From assembly GCA_964016885.1 (NCBI GenBank), contig OZ024740.1, positions 386,942,001 through 387,006,000 on the forward strand: a stretch of DNA of 64,000 nt, in the 5' to 3' direction. Shown in pieces: positions 63,176 through 64,000 of the stretch. Below the pieces are notes generated by a model. It made no database searches and was not told the DNA's origin. It saw only the letters and a program-made list of their open reading frames with translations. The translations under genes and the position numbers were made by a program. The DNA comes from Eledone cirrhosa. Taxonomy: Eukaryota. The stretch's first letter is position 1, and each line of letters starts with the position of its first letter.

Positions 63176-64000
63176 GGTAAAATAGGGGTCAGCTTTTATT
63201 CACGGTATTTTACTGATTTTCACCAACTTCAAATTCTACATAAATGAGGGGCTATTTTCCTTTTAGAGGTGAATATTTCACAGGTTTCACTTTGGAGGTG
63301 AAATTTCTAGTATTTTTTGTGTTTTGAATGAATATTCCATTACGTAATGGAATCCTGAAACAAAAACTATACTCTAAATGACACTTAAAACATTTTAAAT
63401 ATCAAAATATTAAAACTTCATAAGTATATTCCCCATTCATGAGAATTTCAAAACAATACCATCTAAACATGTGTTGGTTAGCTGCCACGGCTTATAAACG
63501 GGGTTTGGACTTTTGCCCATAGTAGTTGGCTTATATTGGAATGTATATGGTAATGAAGAAGTTATTAATATTGTAGATGTAAAGTTTGAATTTGAAAAAA
63601 TAAAAACAACAGAAAAGCACTCTATTGAATCAAGTTGTTGAAGATTAACAGTGATGCTACAAAACTTACATTATTGACTTCAGTTCAGAACCAATATGGC
63701 TTGTATGTTGTTAATTGAGTTATTTTCTTTTAAATATTGATTTCTAATTTAGGTATAAGGTCAACAAAATTAGGGGAAGGGCAAAGTTGATTAAATCAAC
63801 CCCAGTACTTGACTGGTACTTTATTTTATCAACCCACAAAAGATAAAAGTTAAAGTTGACTTTGACAGAATTTGAACTCAGAACAAATACCACAATGGCA
63901 TTCTACCAATTTTGCCAGCCCGTATTAAAATGTAAATGTACATTAAAATGATTTCAAGAATAAAAAAAAAAAAAATTGTGGATGCCTGGAATGCTTCCCA

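Overview
AT-rich, repeat-dense animal genomic DNA. The SINE/LINE families and intron sizes suggest a coleoid cephalopod such as Octopus, which is an inference. Two convergent spliced genes are recoverable by hand. On the + strand are the last three coding exons of an NRAMP/SLC11 divalent metal transporter (3234-8236). On the - strand are six exons of an arginase (41008 to 16580) with all Mn-ligand motifs intact; I could not find its N-terminal exons in the window. The rest is transposable elements and tandem repeats: CR1-like and several RTE-clade LINE fragments, tRNA-derived SINEs, Tc1/mariner and TTAA-type MITEs, a 1.7-kb GGT/GAT compound repeat, an 80-bp minisatellite and an 8.5-kb 31/29-bp satellite. 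Most notable observations: (1) a (TA)n-embedded 403-bp unit with terminal redundancy that carries a minimal type I hammerhead ribozyme motif (retrozyme/Penelope-like); (2) a Cys4-His-Cys3 PHD finger embedded in an RTE ORF2 just after the RT core; (3) a twin-priming-type inverted RTE; (4) long fold-back structures around arginase exons; (5) a satellite apparently born inside a SINE head, with a 1,975-bp higher-order duplication.
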